In this document: in pieces, positions 1 to 10,508 of the stretch
Numbering within the stretch: the first letter of the stretch is position 1
Layout: every line of letters starts with the position of its first letter
DNA from: Proteobacteria bacterium UBA4457
GTDB lineage: Bacteria; Pseudomonadota; Gammaproteobacteria; Ga0077536
Reading direction: 5' to 3'
Assembly (NCBI GenBank): GCA_002390205.1
Contig: DGOV01000069.1
Span: 8,836 to 72,835 of the forward strand
DNA length: 64,000 nt
Position numbers and translations under genes: made by a program
Notes under the pieces: model-generated
What the model was told of the DNA's origin: nothing
The model's database searches: none
Seen by the model: the letters and a program-made list of their open reading frames with translations, nothing else

Positions 1-926
1 AAATTATAGATATCATTTTGACCTCCACTCTAGGTATCCCTGAGCTTGCTTATCAAGTGATGCCTCTAGCTGCCCTAATAGGGAGCTTGCTAGCACTCGG
101 GGCTATGATGGAAGCGCATGAGCTGGTAGTTGCCAGGGCTGCTGGGGCGACAAAAATCAGCGTTCTTCAGGTAGTGCTAAAAACGTCGGTTTTGCTAATG
201 CTGGTCGCTTTACTTCTTGGGGAGTTTTTAGCGCCCTTGGCGCAGGCAAAGATTAATGAACTTAGCTTCAAATCAGACCGTGACATGGGAACAGCCAACA
301 ATAAAATCTGGATACAGGATTTGAGCGCTTTTGTAAGTATTAAGGCCATTTTACCTGATTGTAAGATGTTAGGGGTTAACATATTGGAGCTTGGGAGCGA
401 TGGCAAGTTAAGTCAGTCTATCTATGCTGATGAGGCAAGTTGCTCATCGGAAGGATGGATCCTTAAAAGAGTAAAGCGGACCAGCTTTAAGGGTGATGCT
501 TATAATAGCTCTTACGTCAAATCTTTGGTGTGGCCAACTGAACTGGACTTTAACCTTTTAGGTTTGTTGAGCTTAGAGCCTCAAAAACTTACGCTAAAGG
601 AGTTGTCCCTATATCTACATTTTGCTGACGAGGATGCTGGGGATTTTCAGCAATGGTCTCAAGCTTTCTGGACCCGTATAGTGCACCCCTTGAGTATCAT
701 ACTTATGACATTCCTCTCTTTCACGGTTGCTCTAAGTGTATCTCGCAGTTCTTCTGTCGGCGGCAGTGTTCTTGCAGGGGGGGCACTAGGCTTGGTATTC
801 TATGTCTTGAACGAGTTAGTAGGCAATTTTGGATTGGTTTTCAATATGAACTCTGCCTTAGCAGCAGTATTACCGAGTTTATTCGTTTTATTCTTGACCG
901 GATGGCTGTTCAGGAGAATCCCCTAG
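1..926 (+). CDS. lptG: LPS export ABC transporter permease, LptG/LptF (YjgP/YjgQ) family; 5' end cut by window edge
   Basis: The frame stays open from nt 18 back to the window edge. The protein has a multi-TM profile with a large periplasmic insert between TM segments, typical of YjgP/YjgQ permeases. By-eye alignment starts near residue 50 of LptG-like proteins. LptF versus LptG is not resolved. Confidence 0.7.
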   Translation, partial: IIDIILTSTLGIPELAYQVMPLAALIGSLLALGAMMEAHELVVARAAGATKISVLQVVLKTSVLLMLVALLLGEFLAPLAQAKINELSFKSDRDMGTANNKIWIQDLSAFVSIKAILPDCKMLGVNILELGSDGKLSQSIYADEASCSSEGWILKRVKRTSFKGDAYNSSYVKSLVWPTELDFNLLGLLSLEPQKLTLKELSLYLHFADEDAGDFQQWSQAFWTRIVHPLSIILMTFLSFTVALSVSRSSSVGGSVLAGGALGLVFYVLNELVGNFGLVFNMNSALAAVLPSLFVLFLTGWLFRRIP

Positions 927-1351
927 CTTTGTATAGTTACTAAGCGCGTATTAGAGAGCTTATCGTGCCAAGTGTTGTTATTCCTGTCTAAAAGTGCATA
1001 GAGATAGCCCATCCCCATAAGAGCAGAAGATATCCATGCTCCGATGAAGCGGATAAAACACGCTTTGGAGCTTGGATTTCCCCCGGAAGAATTTACTATG
1101 GTCACTCCCCACGCTAACATTCCCAGCGTCTTGCCTCTGCGCCAACAAATTGTATAGTAAGTGAGGCTAATCATGGTCAGATAGCTCTGTAAAAATATGT
1201 TCTCAGGTTTAATAGCATCACCTACGGCTAGAGTTGGAATAAATGCTGCAAAGAATAAGATTGCGGTAAGTGCGACCGAATCATAGACTAAACAGCCTAT
1301 ACGGCGTGCAAAGGTTATTTTTTTCATATTGAGGACAGCTTTTTCCATCAT
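923..1351 (-). CDS. RDD-family integral membrane protein
   Basis: 142 aa with about 3 TM helices. The W-R-R-G-K-T-L-G-M segment is of the type seen in RDD-domain proteins. Its stop codon shares the palindrome CTAG (923-926) with the lptG stop. Confidence 0.55.
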   Translation of the reverse strand: MMEKAVLNMKKITFARRIGCLVYDSVALTAILFFAAFIPTLAVGDAIKPENIFLQSYLTMISLTYYTICWRRGKTLGMLAWGVTIVNSSGGNPSSKACFIRFIGAWISSALMGMGYLYALLDRNNNTWHDKLSNTRLVTIQS

Positions 1352-1407
1352 TTGCTCTTTGACGAGTCCGTTGTGAGAAGAGGACGTGGGCTATGTTCGA
1401 TTTAGGG

Positions 1408-1479
1408 CGCTCCCTAGGGGAATCGAACCCCTGTTTTCGCCGTGAGAGGGCAACGTCCTGACCGCTAGACGAAGGGAGC
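1408..1479 (-). tRNA. tRNA-Glu, anticodon CUC
   Basis: The reverse complement reads GCTCCCT-TC-GTCT-AGCGGTC-AGGAC-G-TTGCC-CTCTCAC-GGCGA-AAAC-AGGGG-TTCGATT-CCCCT-AGGGAGC-G. This is a complete cloverleaf with anticodon loop CU-CUC-AC. The backbone closely resembles gammaproteobacterial tRNA-Glu. The 3' flank is CCC, so CCA is not encoded. Confidence 0.85.
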
Positions 1480-1555
1480 CATCCTGATTAGGATGTTATC
1501 ATAACTAAGGGATTGGGTAAAAAAATGACAAGAGCTTTAGGGTATGATCAGTTGA

Positions 1556-2836
1556 ATGCGAATGAGTGAAATAGATAAATCCAGTTATTCTACTGAGCCT
1601 GTTGTTTATGGGAAGGATGAGTGTGGTAAATTTCAAGGTTTGATTTCCAGGGCGGCCTTAACTGTTATAGAGAGGCTTAACAAGGGTGGTTACAATAGTT
1701 ATCTAGTAGGCGGAGCAGTCCGAGATATTCTACTTGGTGAGACTCCAAAAGACTTTGATATAGCGACTGATGCTAGGCCAGAACAAGTTGTAGCATTGTT
1801 TAAGAATAGTCGAATGATTGGTCGACGGTTCCGTATTGTTCATGTTCGCTTTGGGCGCGAGATCATCGAAGTAGCCACTTTTCGGGCAGCACATAACCAG
1901 TCTTCAGCCTCTGCAAAGACATCAGTGGACGGGCAATTACTTCGGGATAATGTGTATGGTCGCTTCGAGGATGATGTTTGGAGGCGTGATTTCACAATTA
2001 ATGCTTTGTACTATGATATTCGTGACTCTTCCGTCATTGATTACGTAGGCGGTGTTCGTGATGTGAGATCTAATATAATTCGACTGATTGGCGATCCTGA
2101 GGTTAGATATCGTGAGGACCCCGTACGAATGCTGCGAGCAATTCGTTTTGCTGCGAAATTAAATTTTCAGATTACACCCTCTGCAAGTAGTCCTATCTCT
2201 TCTTTGGCTTACCTGCTGCAAGAGATTTCCCCGGCTCGATTGTTTGATGAGTCGTTGAAACTCTTCAGCTCGGGATATGCGTGTGACAGTTATAAAGGTT
2301 TAGTAGAGCATGATTTATTCCGTCACTTGTATTCGGTCGGTGGTAGCAAGCTTAATCAATCAGATCTATTTGATAATAAATTTGTTTTTAGCGCGCTTGA
2401 GAATACCGATAGAAGAATCGAGGACGGGAAAAGTGTTAATCCTGCTTTCTTAATAGCGGTGTTTTTATGGAGCACTATGCAGAGGCATTATAGCGAGTAT
2501 CAGCGAAGTGGTTTGCCGGCCAGAGTCGCTTTATTAAATGCATCTGATCGCACAATTTCAGCTCAGATAAAGCAACTCTCCATTCCCAAAAGACTTACGC
2601 TGGCAGTTAGAGAAATTTGGGAACTTCAGAGTCGTTTTTTTAAGCGGACGCCTAAGCGAGCTAACCGTCTGTACTGCCATCCACGGTTTCGCGCAGCATA
2701 CGATTTTCTCGTACTAAGATCGGTAAATGAGGCTGATCTAAAGGTGCTTAGTGACTGGTGGACTCTATACCAAGAAGTCGATGAGACGCAGCGTAAAAAT
2801 TTGTTTGGTGAAATAGAGATGCAGCAGAGGCATTAG
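1556..2836 (+). CDS. pcnB: poly(A) polymerase I
   Basis: It has the GGAVRD...PKDFDIAT nucleotidyltransferase head and RFRIVHVRFGREIIEVATFR, which is very close to E. coli PcnB. It is followed by folK, as in E. coli. Confidence 0.9.
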   Translation: MRMSEIDKSSYSTEPVVYGKDECGKFQGLISRAALTVIERLNKGGYNSYLVGGAVRDILLGETPKDFDIATDARPEQVVALFKNSRMIGRRFRIVHVRFGREIIEVATFRAAHNQSSASAKTSVDGQLLRDNVYGRFEDDVWRRDFTINALYYDIRDSSVIDYVGGVRDVRSNIIRLIGDPEVRYREDPVRMLRAIRFAAKLNFQITPSASSPISSLAYLLQEISPARLFDESLKLFSSGYACDSYKGLVEHDLFRHLYSVGGSKLNQSDLFDNKFVFSALENTDRRIEDGKSVNPAFLIAVFLWSTMQRHYSEYQRSGLPARVALLNASDRTISAQIKQLSIPKRLTLAVREIWELQSRFFKRTPKRANRLYCHPRFRAAYDFLVLRSVNEADLKVLSDWWTLYQEVDETQRKNLFGEIEMQQRH

Positions 2837-2853
2837 GGCGAGAGGACGTTACT

Positions 2854-3348
2854 TTGACCAAAGATGCATTAGCCTACATAGGGCTTGGTAGTAACCTGAA
2901 TGACCCTGTGGTTCAAGTTACATACGCTCTAGAGGCTCTGGGTGAGATAGAAGGGATCTCCATTTTGGAGACCTCCCAGTTCTACACCAGCCCTGCTATG
3001 GGAGGACCTGCAGATCAATCTGATTATGTGAATGCGGTGGCAGCCTTAAAGACGGTTCTTAGTCCCAGGAACTTGTTGCAGAAATTACAACTTCTGGAAC
3101 GTTTGCAAGGACGCACAAGAGGTCCTAGATGGGGCCCGAGGATTATAGATCTTGATATACTTCTCTATGGTGACAGGATTATTGATGAGAAAGATTTTCA
3201 GGTACCGCATAGCTGCTTGCACCAGCGAGCATTCGTTCTTATCCCTTTGTTTGAGATAGCCCCTGATTTAATAATGCCTAATCATGGTAAGTTGTCCCGC
3301 CTAGTAGATTCACTTGATTCTGATGAACTACAATTAGTTAGAAATTAA
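2854..3348 (+). CDS. folK: 2-amino-4-hydroxy-6-hydroxymethyldihydropteridine pyrophosphokinase (HPPK)
   Basis: The N-terminus is YIGLGSNL. The RWGPRIIDLDILLY block and HQRAFVLIPL match the HPPK family. The start is TTG and the size is about 160 aa. Confidence 0.9.
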   Translation: MTKDALAYIGLGSNLNDPVVQVTYALEALGEIEGISILETSQFYTSPAMGGPADQSDYVNAVAALKTVLSPRNLLQKLQLLERLQGRTRGPRWGPRIIDLDILLYGDRIIDEKDFQVPHSCLHQRAFVLIPLFEIAPDLIMPNHGKLSRLVDSLDSDELQLVRN

Positions 3349-3433
3349 CAAGGTACTTTCTTTGCAAAGTGCAGCTATTTCTAACGAGAATAAAATAATT
3401 AATCCAATAAAAAGAGGTTTAACAGTAAGTAAT

Positions 3434-4285
3434 ATGGATGTGATTTTCGATCTGAAGAGTTTGCGCGAAAAAATATATTTTTGGAAAAAAGATGGTTTGT
3501 TGATTTCGTTCGTTCCTACTATGGGCAATTTGCATGCTGGTCATCTGTCTTTGATTTCTGGCGCATCGGAGAAAGCGGATAAAACTGTAGTGAGTATTTT
3601 TGTTAATCCTATCCAGTTTGGCCATGGAGAGGACTATGAAAAATACCCAAGCACTCTTGATCACGATTTGTCTAAACTGGCTGATGAATCTGTTGATATG
3701 GTATTTGCTCCTAATTTGAATGAGTTATATCCAGCTGGTATCGAGAGTGATACGCGGGTAACTATTCCAGCTCTTTCTGAAACGCTCTGCGGAGAGTTTC
3801 GGCCGGGGCATTTTTCTGGGGTGGCTACTGTGGTAATGAAGTTGTTTAATAATGTACAACCGGATTTCGCTTTTTTTGGAGAAAAAGATTTCCAACAAAT
3901 ACTCGTTATTCGTCGCATGGTCGAAGATCTTCTTTTGCCAACTGAGGTCGTGAGCATGCCGATAATTAGAGAAATTGACGGACTTGCAATGAGCTCACGG
4001 AATAGTTATCTGAGTAAATTTGAGAGAGCCTGCTCCGTCGAAATATACTCAGTCCTTGTGAAAGCCGCGGAGTCATTAAAGGGGGGCTTTATAAGCATTG
4101 ATGAAATAGAAAATCAATCCGTGTCCTCACTTGTCCAAAAAGGTTTCGAGGTGGAGTACTGTTCGGTTAGGCATTCAACAGACTTAGCTATCCCTGCGGT
4201 GAGCAGCAAAAGTTTGGTAGTTCTTGTAGCCGCTTGGTTGGGAGATACTCGCTTAATCGACAACATCCGGGTAGATTTGCCTTGA
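3434..4285 (+). CDS. panC: pantoate--beta-alanine ligase (pantothenate synthetase)
   Basis: It has the PTMGNLHAGHLSL motif and a family-wide profile. The ATG at 3434 gives a canonical protein of about 283 aa. The ORF-track start at 3362 is probably too far upstream. Confidence 0.9.
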   Translation: MDVIFDLKSLREKIYFWKKDGLLISFVPTMGNLHAGHLSLISGASEKADKTVVSIFVNPIQFGHGEDYEKYPSTLDHDLSKLADESVDMVFAPNLNELYPAGIESDTRVTIPALSETLCGEFRPGHFSGVATVVMKLFNNVQPDFAFFGEKDFQQILVIRRMVEDLLLPTEVVSMPIIREIDGLAMSSRNSYLSKFERACSVEIYSVLVKAAESLKGGFISIDEIENQSVSSLVQKGFEVEYCSVRHSTDLAIPAVSSKSLVVLVAAWLGDTRLIDNIRVDLP

Positions 4286-4380
4286 ATTCGTGGAACAATA
4301 AGAAAATTTCGCCTAGTCTAGAAAGATAGTGGGTTATTATGTACGTAACGAGCCATTCATTGGTTCATTAGAGGTTTTTT

Positions 4381-5730
4381 ATGAGTGAAGGGTTGTTTGT
4401 CAAAACGTTTGGCTGCCAGATGAACGAATATGATTCAGGGAAAATGGTCGACTTACTGGAAGAATCTTGTAATCTTTCTTTGGTAGATTCCCCTGAAAAA
4501 GCACAGGTTGTACTTGTGAACACCTGCTCGGTCAGGGATAAAGCACAAGAGAAATTGTTTCATCAATTAGGTCGATGGGCACTACTGAAAAAAAATAACC
4601 CGAGTATGATTATAGCGGTTGGAGGTTGTGTCGCCAGTCAAGAAGGTGAACAGATATGGAAACGAGCGCCTTATGTAGATATTGTTTTTGGCCCTCAGAC
4701 TTTGCACCGGCTACCTGAATTAATTGGGAGGGTGAAATCTGAGAATAAACCTGTCATAGATGTTAGTTTTCCAGAAATCGAGAAATTTGATCGGTTGCCT
4801 GCATCTAAGAAATCAAGTGCTAGTGCCTATGTGTCGATCATGGAGGGGTGCAGTAAGTATTGCAGTTTCTGTGTTGTCCCTTACACCCGTGGAGAGGAAT
4901 TCAGTCGCCCGTTCGACGATGTTATTTCAGAAATTCACGATATGGCGATAAGAGGAGTACGAGAGATTGTTTTGCTAGGTCAGAATGTCAATGCTTATCG
5001 TGGCACTATGTTTGGGGGGAAAATTGTTGATCTATCAGCACTTATAAGGATCATAGCCTCTATTGAGGGGATTGATCGAATTCGTTTTACAACTTCACAC
5101 CCGATTGAATTTACTGATAGATTAATAGTCGCATACCAAGATATACCTGAATTGGCAAACCATCTGCATCTTCCTGTTCAAAGTGGATCAGATAGAATTC
5201 TATCGCTTATGAAGCGCGGCTATATGGTTACGGAATATAAGTCGATCATCCGGAAGCTCAGGAAGATACGGCCTGATATCTCAATATCGTCAGACTTCAT
5301 AATAGGGTTTCCTGGGGAGACACATGAAGATTTTGAAGAGACACTACGATTGATTACCGATGTCGGTTTTGATCAATCTTTTAGCTTCATATACAGCGCC
5401 CGTCCAGGGACGCCCGCCGCGAGCTTAGTAGATGATGTCCCTATGGTAGAGAAAAAACATCGGCTAGCCATTCTTCAAAGAGAGGTTCTTAGGCTTGCCC
5501 AAGAGCATAGTAAAGCCATGATTGGCAGCACCCAAAAAGTTCTAATTACGGGGCATTCCAAGAAAAACCCAGTGGAACTGACTGGACGCACTGAAAACCA
5601 GAGGGCGGTTAATTTTGCAGCGGATGCCAGTCTCATCGGACACTTTGTAGACGTAGTGATAACTGAATCTCTACCAAACTCCCTCAGGGGTATATACCAA
5701 TCTGAAAAACTTGCGAGCATTACTGCGTGA
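4381..5730 (+). CDS. miaB: tRNA-2-methylthio-N6-dimethylallyladenosine synthase (radical SAM methylthiotransferase)
   Basis: It has the N-terminal [10 protein letters not shown] motif, the radical-SAM CSKYCSFC (CxxxCxxC) motif and a C-terminal TRAM region. It heads the conserved miaB-ybeZ-ybeY-corC-lnt cluster. Confidence 0.95.
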   Translation: MSEGLFVKTFGCQMNEYDSGKMVDLLEESCNLSLVDSPEKAQVVLVNTCSVRDKAQEKLFHQLGRWALLKKNNPSMIIAVGGCVASQEGEQIWKRAPYVDIVFGPQTLHRLPELIGRVKSENKPVIDVSFPEIEKFDRLPASKKSSASAYVSIMEGCSKYCSFCVVPYTRGEEFSRPFDDVISEIHDMAIRGVREIVLLGQNVNAYRGTMFGGKIVDLSALIRIIASIEGIDRIRFTTSHPIEFTDRLIVAYQDIPELANHLHLPVQSGSDRILSLMKRGYMVTEYKSIIRKLRKIRPDISISSDFIIGFPGETHEDFEETLRLITDVGFDQSFSFIYSARPGTPAASLVDDVPMVEKKHRLAILQREVLRLAQEHSKAMIGSTQKVLITGHSKKNPVELTGRTENQRAVNFAADASLIGHFVDVVITESLPNSLRGIYQSEKLASITA

Positions 5731-6677
5731 CAGTAGCTAGCGACGAGATCTTTTTTCACTCTGCTAATAATACTCGCTTGGCTAATCTACGCGGACAATT
5801 TGATGAGAATATTAAGCTAATAGAAAGTGGCGTTGACGTTGAAATCGGGAGTCGTGGAAATTCTTTCTTTTGTTCAGGCACAGAGACTTTGGTGGAATGC
5901 GCGAAGCAAATACTATGTAATTTATACGAGTTAGCTGCATCGAGACCTGTGCGAGCTGATGATGTGCATTTAGAAATTAGAAATGCTGGAGCTGATGAGC
6001 CTGGAATGCTTGTTCCCGATCAAAGTATTCAGGCGGGGAAGTCGCTGATTAAGGCGCGTGGTGCTAATCAGAAGCGTTATTTGAGCGCCATAAAATCATA
6101 TGATATCAGTTTCGGTGTAGGGCCGGCAGGCACAGGGAAGACTTATTTGGCGGTAGCAGCGGCAGTCGATGCTCTTGAACATGATCGAGTGCGTCGGATT
6201 TGTTTAGTCCGCCCTGCGGTAGAGGCGGGTGAACGTTTAGGTTTTCTACCTGGGGACATGGCTCAAAAGATTGACCCATACTTGCGCCCATTGTATGACG
6301 CGCTTTATGAAATGTTAGGGTTCGAGAAAGTAGCGATGCTTGTTGAGAGAAATATTATTGAAATAGCGCCTCTTGCTTTCATGCGCGGCCGGACTCTAAA
6401 CGAGTCTTTTGTTATTTTAGACGAAGCTCAGAATACTACTACGGAACAAATGAAAATGTTTTTAACTCGCCTTGGATTTGGGTCACAGGCTGTGGTGACT
6501 GGAGATGTTACACAGATCGACTTGCCTCGTGGTCGAGAGTCTGGGCTAAAAGAGGCTCTTGCTGTGTTAAAAAATGTACCTGGGATGAGTTTTACTTTTT
6601 TTAAGTCTAAGGACGTTGTACGCCATTCACTAGTAGCTAAAATTCTGGATGCATATGCTACTCATGAGGAAAAATAA
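5727..6677 (+). CDS. ybeZ: PhoH-like ATPase
   Basis: It has Walker A GPAGTGKT, the ILDEAQN Walker B region and conserved synteny between miaB and ybeY. Confidence 0.9.
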   Translation: MTVASDEIFFHSANNTRLANLRGQFDENIKLIESGVDVEIGSRGNSFFCSGTETLVECAKQILCNLYELAASRPVRADDVHLEIRNAGADEPGMLVPDQSIQAGKSLIKARGANQKRYLSAIKSYDISFGVGPAGTGKTYLAVAAAVDALEHDRVRRICLVRPAVEAGERLGFLPGDMAQKIDPYLRPLYDALYEMLGFEKVAMLVERNIIEIAPLAFMRGRTLNESFVILDEAQNTTTEQMKMFLTRLGFGSQAVVTGDVTQIDLPRGRESGLKEALAVLKNVPGMSFTFFKSKDVVRHSLVAKILDAYATHEEK

Positions 6678-6707
6678 ACACCGTCTCATCAAAAAGCCAT
6701 TCGTCCG

Positions 6708-7160
6708 ATGAAAAAGAACTCTTCTGTTGACCTTCAAATAGGTGTAAGGTTGAAGAATACTCTTACGAAGGAGTTTTTTAGCTCTATCGTCGATGCAACC
6801 TTAGATGACAAGACAGACCGAACCGAACTGACTATTCGTATAGTTTCTCTAGAAGAATCTGCATATCTAAACAAGAAGTACCGCAAAAAAGAAGGGCCTA
6901 CTAATGTTTTATCGTTCGTCTCAGAAGGTGTCGAGAAGGTCGCACCAGACTTTCTGGGAGATTTAGTGATCTGTGCGCCGGTTGTAAACAAAGAGGCCTG
7001 CCAACAAGGGAAAAATATCGAAGCTCATTGGGCACATATGATAGTACACGGTGTCTTACACTTACTTGGCTTAGACCACCAAGATAGTTGCCAAGCAGAA
7101 GCTATGGAAAACCGTGAACGGAGTATATTATCCAATCTAGGGTATCCTGATCCTTATTGA
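6708..7160 (+). CDS. ybeY: rRNA maturation endoribonuclease YbeY
   Basis: It has the H-x-x-x-H-x-x-x-x-x-H zinc motif HGVLHLLGLDH. Size is 150 aa and synteny fits. Confidence 0.95.
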   Translation: MKKNSSVDLQIGVRLKNTLTKEFFSSIVDATLDDKTDRTELTIRIVSLEESAYLNKKYRKKEGPTNVLSFVSEGVEKVAPDFLGDLVICAPVVNKEACQQGKNIEAHWAHMIVHGVLHLLGLDHQDSCQAEAMENRERSILSNLGYPDPY

Positions 7161-7184
7161 ACAACCTAGGAAAGTAGGATTTTA

Positions 7185-8108
7185 ATGAATTTAGTTTTTA
7201 TGAGAACAATACGGTTTGTGAATAGATTACTTCGATTATTCTTTGTCGCTGGAAGCATAATGAGATTTTTACGGTCGTTCTCTATCCGTGCTGTGCAAAC
7301 AACTGAAAATGCTAAACAAGTTCTAATCAATCAACTACACGAGGCCGAGAAGAATAATGTAATAGAGCCGGATACTTTCGCTATGATAGAGGGCGCGCTT
7401 GTCGTTTCGGATATGCAGGTGCGAGATATAATGATTCCTCGTTCTGATATCGTTTTTATAAAGGAAGATGCCCAGCCGAAGGAGTTCCTGCCGAAAATAA
7501 TTGAAAGCGGACATTCTAGATTCCCTGTTTTTGATGAGGAACATGAGAGTGTCTTAGGAATACTCCTTGCTAAGGATCTACTTTCATTAGCGCTAGATGG
7601 CTCTGAAGATTTTTTGATACGTGAAATTATTCGCCCTGTAGCCTTTATTCCTGAAAGTAAGCGCCTCAATATCCTATTGAGAGAGTTTCGGTCACGGCGA
7701 AATCATCTGGCTGTGGTGGTTGACGAATATAGTAATATTTCTGGGCTTGTGACAATTGAGGACGTGATTGAGCAGATAGTTGGCGAGATTGATGATGAAC
7801 ATGACTTCACCGATGAAGATAATATACGACGACACAGGAACAATCGTTTTACTGTCAAAGCTCGGACTGTTCTCGATGAATTTAATACATATTTTGAAAC
7901 CGAGTGGGATTCTGATCGTTTCGAGACGATTGGCGGTTTGATTATTAGTCAGCTAGGTCGTTTACCTAGGCAGGGGGAAGAAATTGACTATCGAGGGTTT
8001 AATTTTAGGGTTCTAAGGGCAGATAGAAGACGAATCCGATTGCTTCGTGTAATGCCTGCATCGATGGATAAAGATGGTCTTTCTAAGTCAGAAGAATCGA
8101 TTAGTTGA
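7185..8108 (+). CDS. corC: CBS-pair/CorC_HlyC domain Mg/Co efflux-associated protein
   Basis: VRDIMIPR opens the CBS pair. The C-terminal transporter-associated domain is of the YbeX/CorC type. Synteny fits. Confidence 0.85.
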   Translation: MNLVFMRTIRFVNRLLRLFFVAGSIMRFLRSFSIRAVQTTENAKQVLINQLHEAEKNNVIEPDTFAMIEGALVVSDMQVRDIMIPRSDIVFIKEDAQPKEFLPKIIESGHSRFPVFDEEHESVLGILLAKDLLSLALDGSEDFLIREIIRPVAFIPESKRLNILLREFRSRRNHLAVVVDEYSNISGLVTIEDVIEQIVGEIDDEHDFTDEDNIRRHRNNRFTVKARTVLDEFNTYFETEWDSDRFETIGGLIISQLGRLPRQGEEIDYRGFNFRVLRADRRRIRLLRVMPASMDKDGLSKSEESIS

Positions 8109-9595
8109 TGAGTAAGTTTGTCGCTGCAGCCTTGTCTTTGGTTGCGGGCTTAATACTGCCTTTTTCTTTCGCCCCTTATAATATTTGGTATATAGCAATC
8201 ATTTCACCTGCGGTTTTTGTTGCTATCGTTAAGCTTCAACCTCTAAAAGAAAGCTGTCTAATAGGATGGCTTTATGGGCTTGGGTTTTTTGGTTTTGGAG
8301 TGAGTTGGATACATATTAGCCTGTACCAATTTGGCGTTCCTAACTACTTTTTTTCAATTGGGCTGACTGGCATATTCGTAGCTTTGATGGCTATATACCT
8401 GATGTTCTACTCTTGGGTGTTAAAACTATTCTTGATTCGAGGTGTGCCTTTGGTCTTAATAGTTCCCGCACTTTGGCTTTTGATGGAGTATCTGCGGGGG
8501 TCCATGTTTACCGGCTTTCCATGGCTTATTCTGGGTTATAGTCAAATCGACTCAATCCTTGGAGGCTACATTCCTTTAGTTGGTGCTTTGGGCTGCTCTT
8601 GGGTAGTACTAACTCTTTCGGCCCTGCTTGTGACGTATTTCTGTGCTGTAGAAAAGCCAATTTTTCGTACTACTATTTTTATCTCTATATTGCTCTCATC
8701 AGGATGGAGTCTATCTAAGTTTGAACAGACATATTCTGACGGAAAACTTCTAGAGGTAGCTTTGGTTCAAGGTGCAGTACCACAGAACATAAAATGGCAT
8801 AAAAATGTTCGCGCGCCATCGATTTTACACTACAGGGAATTAACTGAGGACTATTGGGATTCAGATTTAATTATCTGGCCTGAGACAGCAATTCCGGCGT
8901 TTAAGAATGAAGTAACGGACACTATCTCTCAGTTAACGAGTAAGGCTATTGAAGAGGGCACTACTCTGATGTTTGGGCTTCCGACAGTTGGCGATGAGGG
9001 AATTCATTACAATAGTCTACTTGCCGTAGGCGTAAATCCGAGTGTATACCATAAGAGACATCTAGTTCCTTTTGGTGAGTATTTTCCATTGGGGAATTAT
9101 GTCCGCGGATTACTAAGTCGACTCAGCATTCCAATGTCTGATTTTACTCCTGGGAGTCTTAAACAACCTGGTTTTTATCTTGGAGATAAGCTCGTTGGGC
9201 TATCTATTTGTTATGAAGCGGCTTTTAGCGCTTTGATTCTAGAGCCAACTCCAGCTGCAAGGCTGCTGATTAATGTAAGTAATGATGCTTGGTTCGGACG
9301 GAGTATCGCTCAAGATCAGCACCTACAGGTTGCCCAAGCACGAGCTATAGAGTCTGGTCGTTATCTATTACGAGCTACGAATGATGGCATTACAGCGGTC
9401 ATAGATTATAGGGGTAAAATCGTTGATCGCCTGCCTCAATATGTACCCGGGACGCTAAGATCAACGGTCGAACTTAGGCAGGGTAGTACTGTTTTCGTGA
9501 AATTTGGCATTTTCCCATTACTACTAGTTATATTTACGATGTTTTTTCTTACTGGCTGTATACGGATTTTTTCTGAGAGAAATACTGGATTATGA
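8105..9595 (+). CDS. lnt: apolipoprotein N-acyltransferase
   Basis: It has an N-terminal multi-TM region followed by a CN-hydrolase domain with the E/K/C triad contexts WPETA, HKRHLVPFGEY and ICYEAAF. Synteny fits. Confidence 0.9.
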   Translation: MMSKFVAAALSLVAGLILPFSFAPYNIWYIAIISPAVFVAIVKLQPLKESCLIGWLYGLGFFGFGVSWIHISLYQFGVPNYFFSIGLTGIFVALMAIYLMFYSWVLKLFLIRGVPLVLIVPALWLLMEYLRGSMFTGFPWLILGYSQIDSILGGYIPLVGALGCSWVVLTLSALLVTYFCAVEKPIFRTTIFISILLSSGWSLSKFEQTYSDGKLLEVALVQGAVPQNIKWHKNVRAPSILHYRELTEDYWDSDLIIWPETAIPAFKNEVTDTISQLTSKAIEEGTTLMFGLPTVGDEGIHYNSLLAVGVNPSVYHKRHLVPFGEYFPLGNYVRGLLSRLSIPMSDFTPGSLKQPGFYLGDKLVGLSICYEAAFSALILEPTPAARLLINVSNDAWFGRSIAQDQHLQVAQARAIESGRYLLRATNDGITAVIDYRGKIVDRLPQYVPGTLRSTVELRQGSTVFVKFGIFPLLLVIFTMFFLTGCIRIFSERNTGL

Positions 9596-10508
9596 GAATT
9601 ATAGATAGGCCCATTAGGACTAATACTAGACTATAGAGGGTTGTTGAGGATAAGGCTGGTAGTTCTGGGGAGGAAGAAACGAGTCTTAATTTTCCATGAA
9701 CAATAGTATAAATTCTATCCTGAAAAGGCCATATTCGGTAGAGAGACGCCGTTAAAAAACCTGCTATGCCTAGCGTGAATGCGGTGGGAAATTTCTTAAT
9801 TATGGAAGACAACAAGCGGGCAAATAAACATATGCCAACACCGAATCCCAAGATAAAAGGGACTAAGATTGCGGGTTCAACGTTGCCTATTGCATTCAGC
9901 ACTACGCTATATTTTCCTAGCAATAATAGAACAAAAGATCCGGATATTCCTGGGGAGATCATTGCGCACGCACCTAGTATTCCAGTTACAAAGATAAATA
10001 ATGGTGTATCTGGATAATTACTTGGGACGATGCTGAGGACTGTAAATCCCAATGCCAACCCCATAGCAAAGAAAAAGAATTTCTTCCAGGTAATAGGTCT
10101 GAAAGATCGTAGTAGAAAAATTATTGAGCCTATAATCAGCCCAAAAAACACGCTATATATTTTTTCTGGGTGGGAAATAAGTAGCTGTGGTAGAGGCACT
10201 ACCTGAGTGAAAAATATTATGGCCATTACTATTCCAGAGAACAAAGGAATTACAAACATAAAATGAGGACGCCCTATAGCGACATCCCACTGCAGTATGA
10301 AGATTGCCCGTAGCCATTTCGTATCGAAGGATTTTATTGCGTTTACGAGTTCGAGGTAGATTCCCAGGATAAGCGCCATAGTTGCGCCGGATACTCCTGG
10401 AACTACATCAGCAGTGCCCATGACTGCGCCTTGGTAGACCCGAGTGAGGAATGTCTTAGCTTTCTTGCCCATGAAATTTCTGGCTATATGTATGGACTGT
10501 TGAGACAA
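9549..10508 (-). CDS. DUF368 family membrane protein (PopT-type candidate undecaprenyl-phosphate translocase)
   Basis: It has the [20 protein letters not shown] signature of DUF368 and a duplicated segment ([15 protein letters not shown]) among about 8-9 TM helices. The true start is more likely the internal Met at about 10472 or 10421. The 3' end overlaps the lnt 3' end by 47 nt. Confidence 0.75.
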   Translation of the reverse strand: MSQQSIHIARNFMGKKAKTFLTRVYQGAVMGTADVVPGVSGATMALILGIYLELVNAIKSFDTKWLRAIFILQWDVAIGRPHFMFVIPLFSGIVMAIIFFTQVVPLPQLLISHPEKIYSVFFGLIIGSIIFLLRSFRPITWKKFFFFAMGLALGFTVLSIVPSNYPDTPLFIFVTGILGACAMISPGISGSFVLLLLGKYSVVLNAIGNVEPAILVPFILGFGVGICLFARLLSSIIKKFPTAFTLGIAGFLTASLYRIWPFQDRIYTIVHGKLRLVSSSPELPALSSTTLYSLVLVLMGLSIILIIQYFSQKKSVYSQ

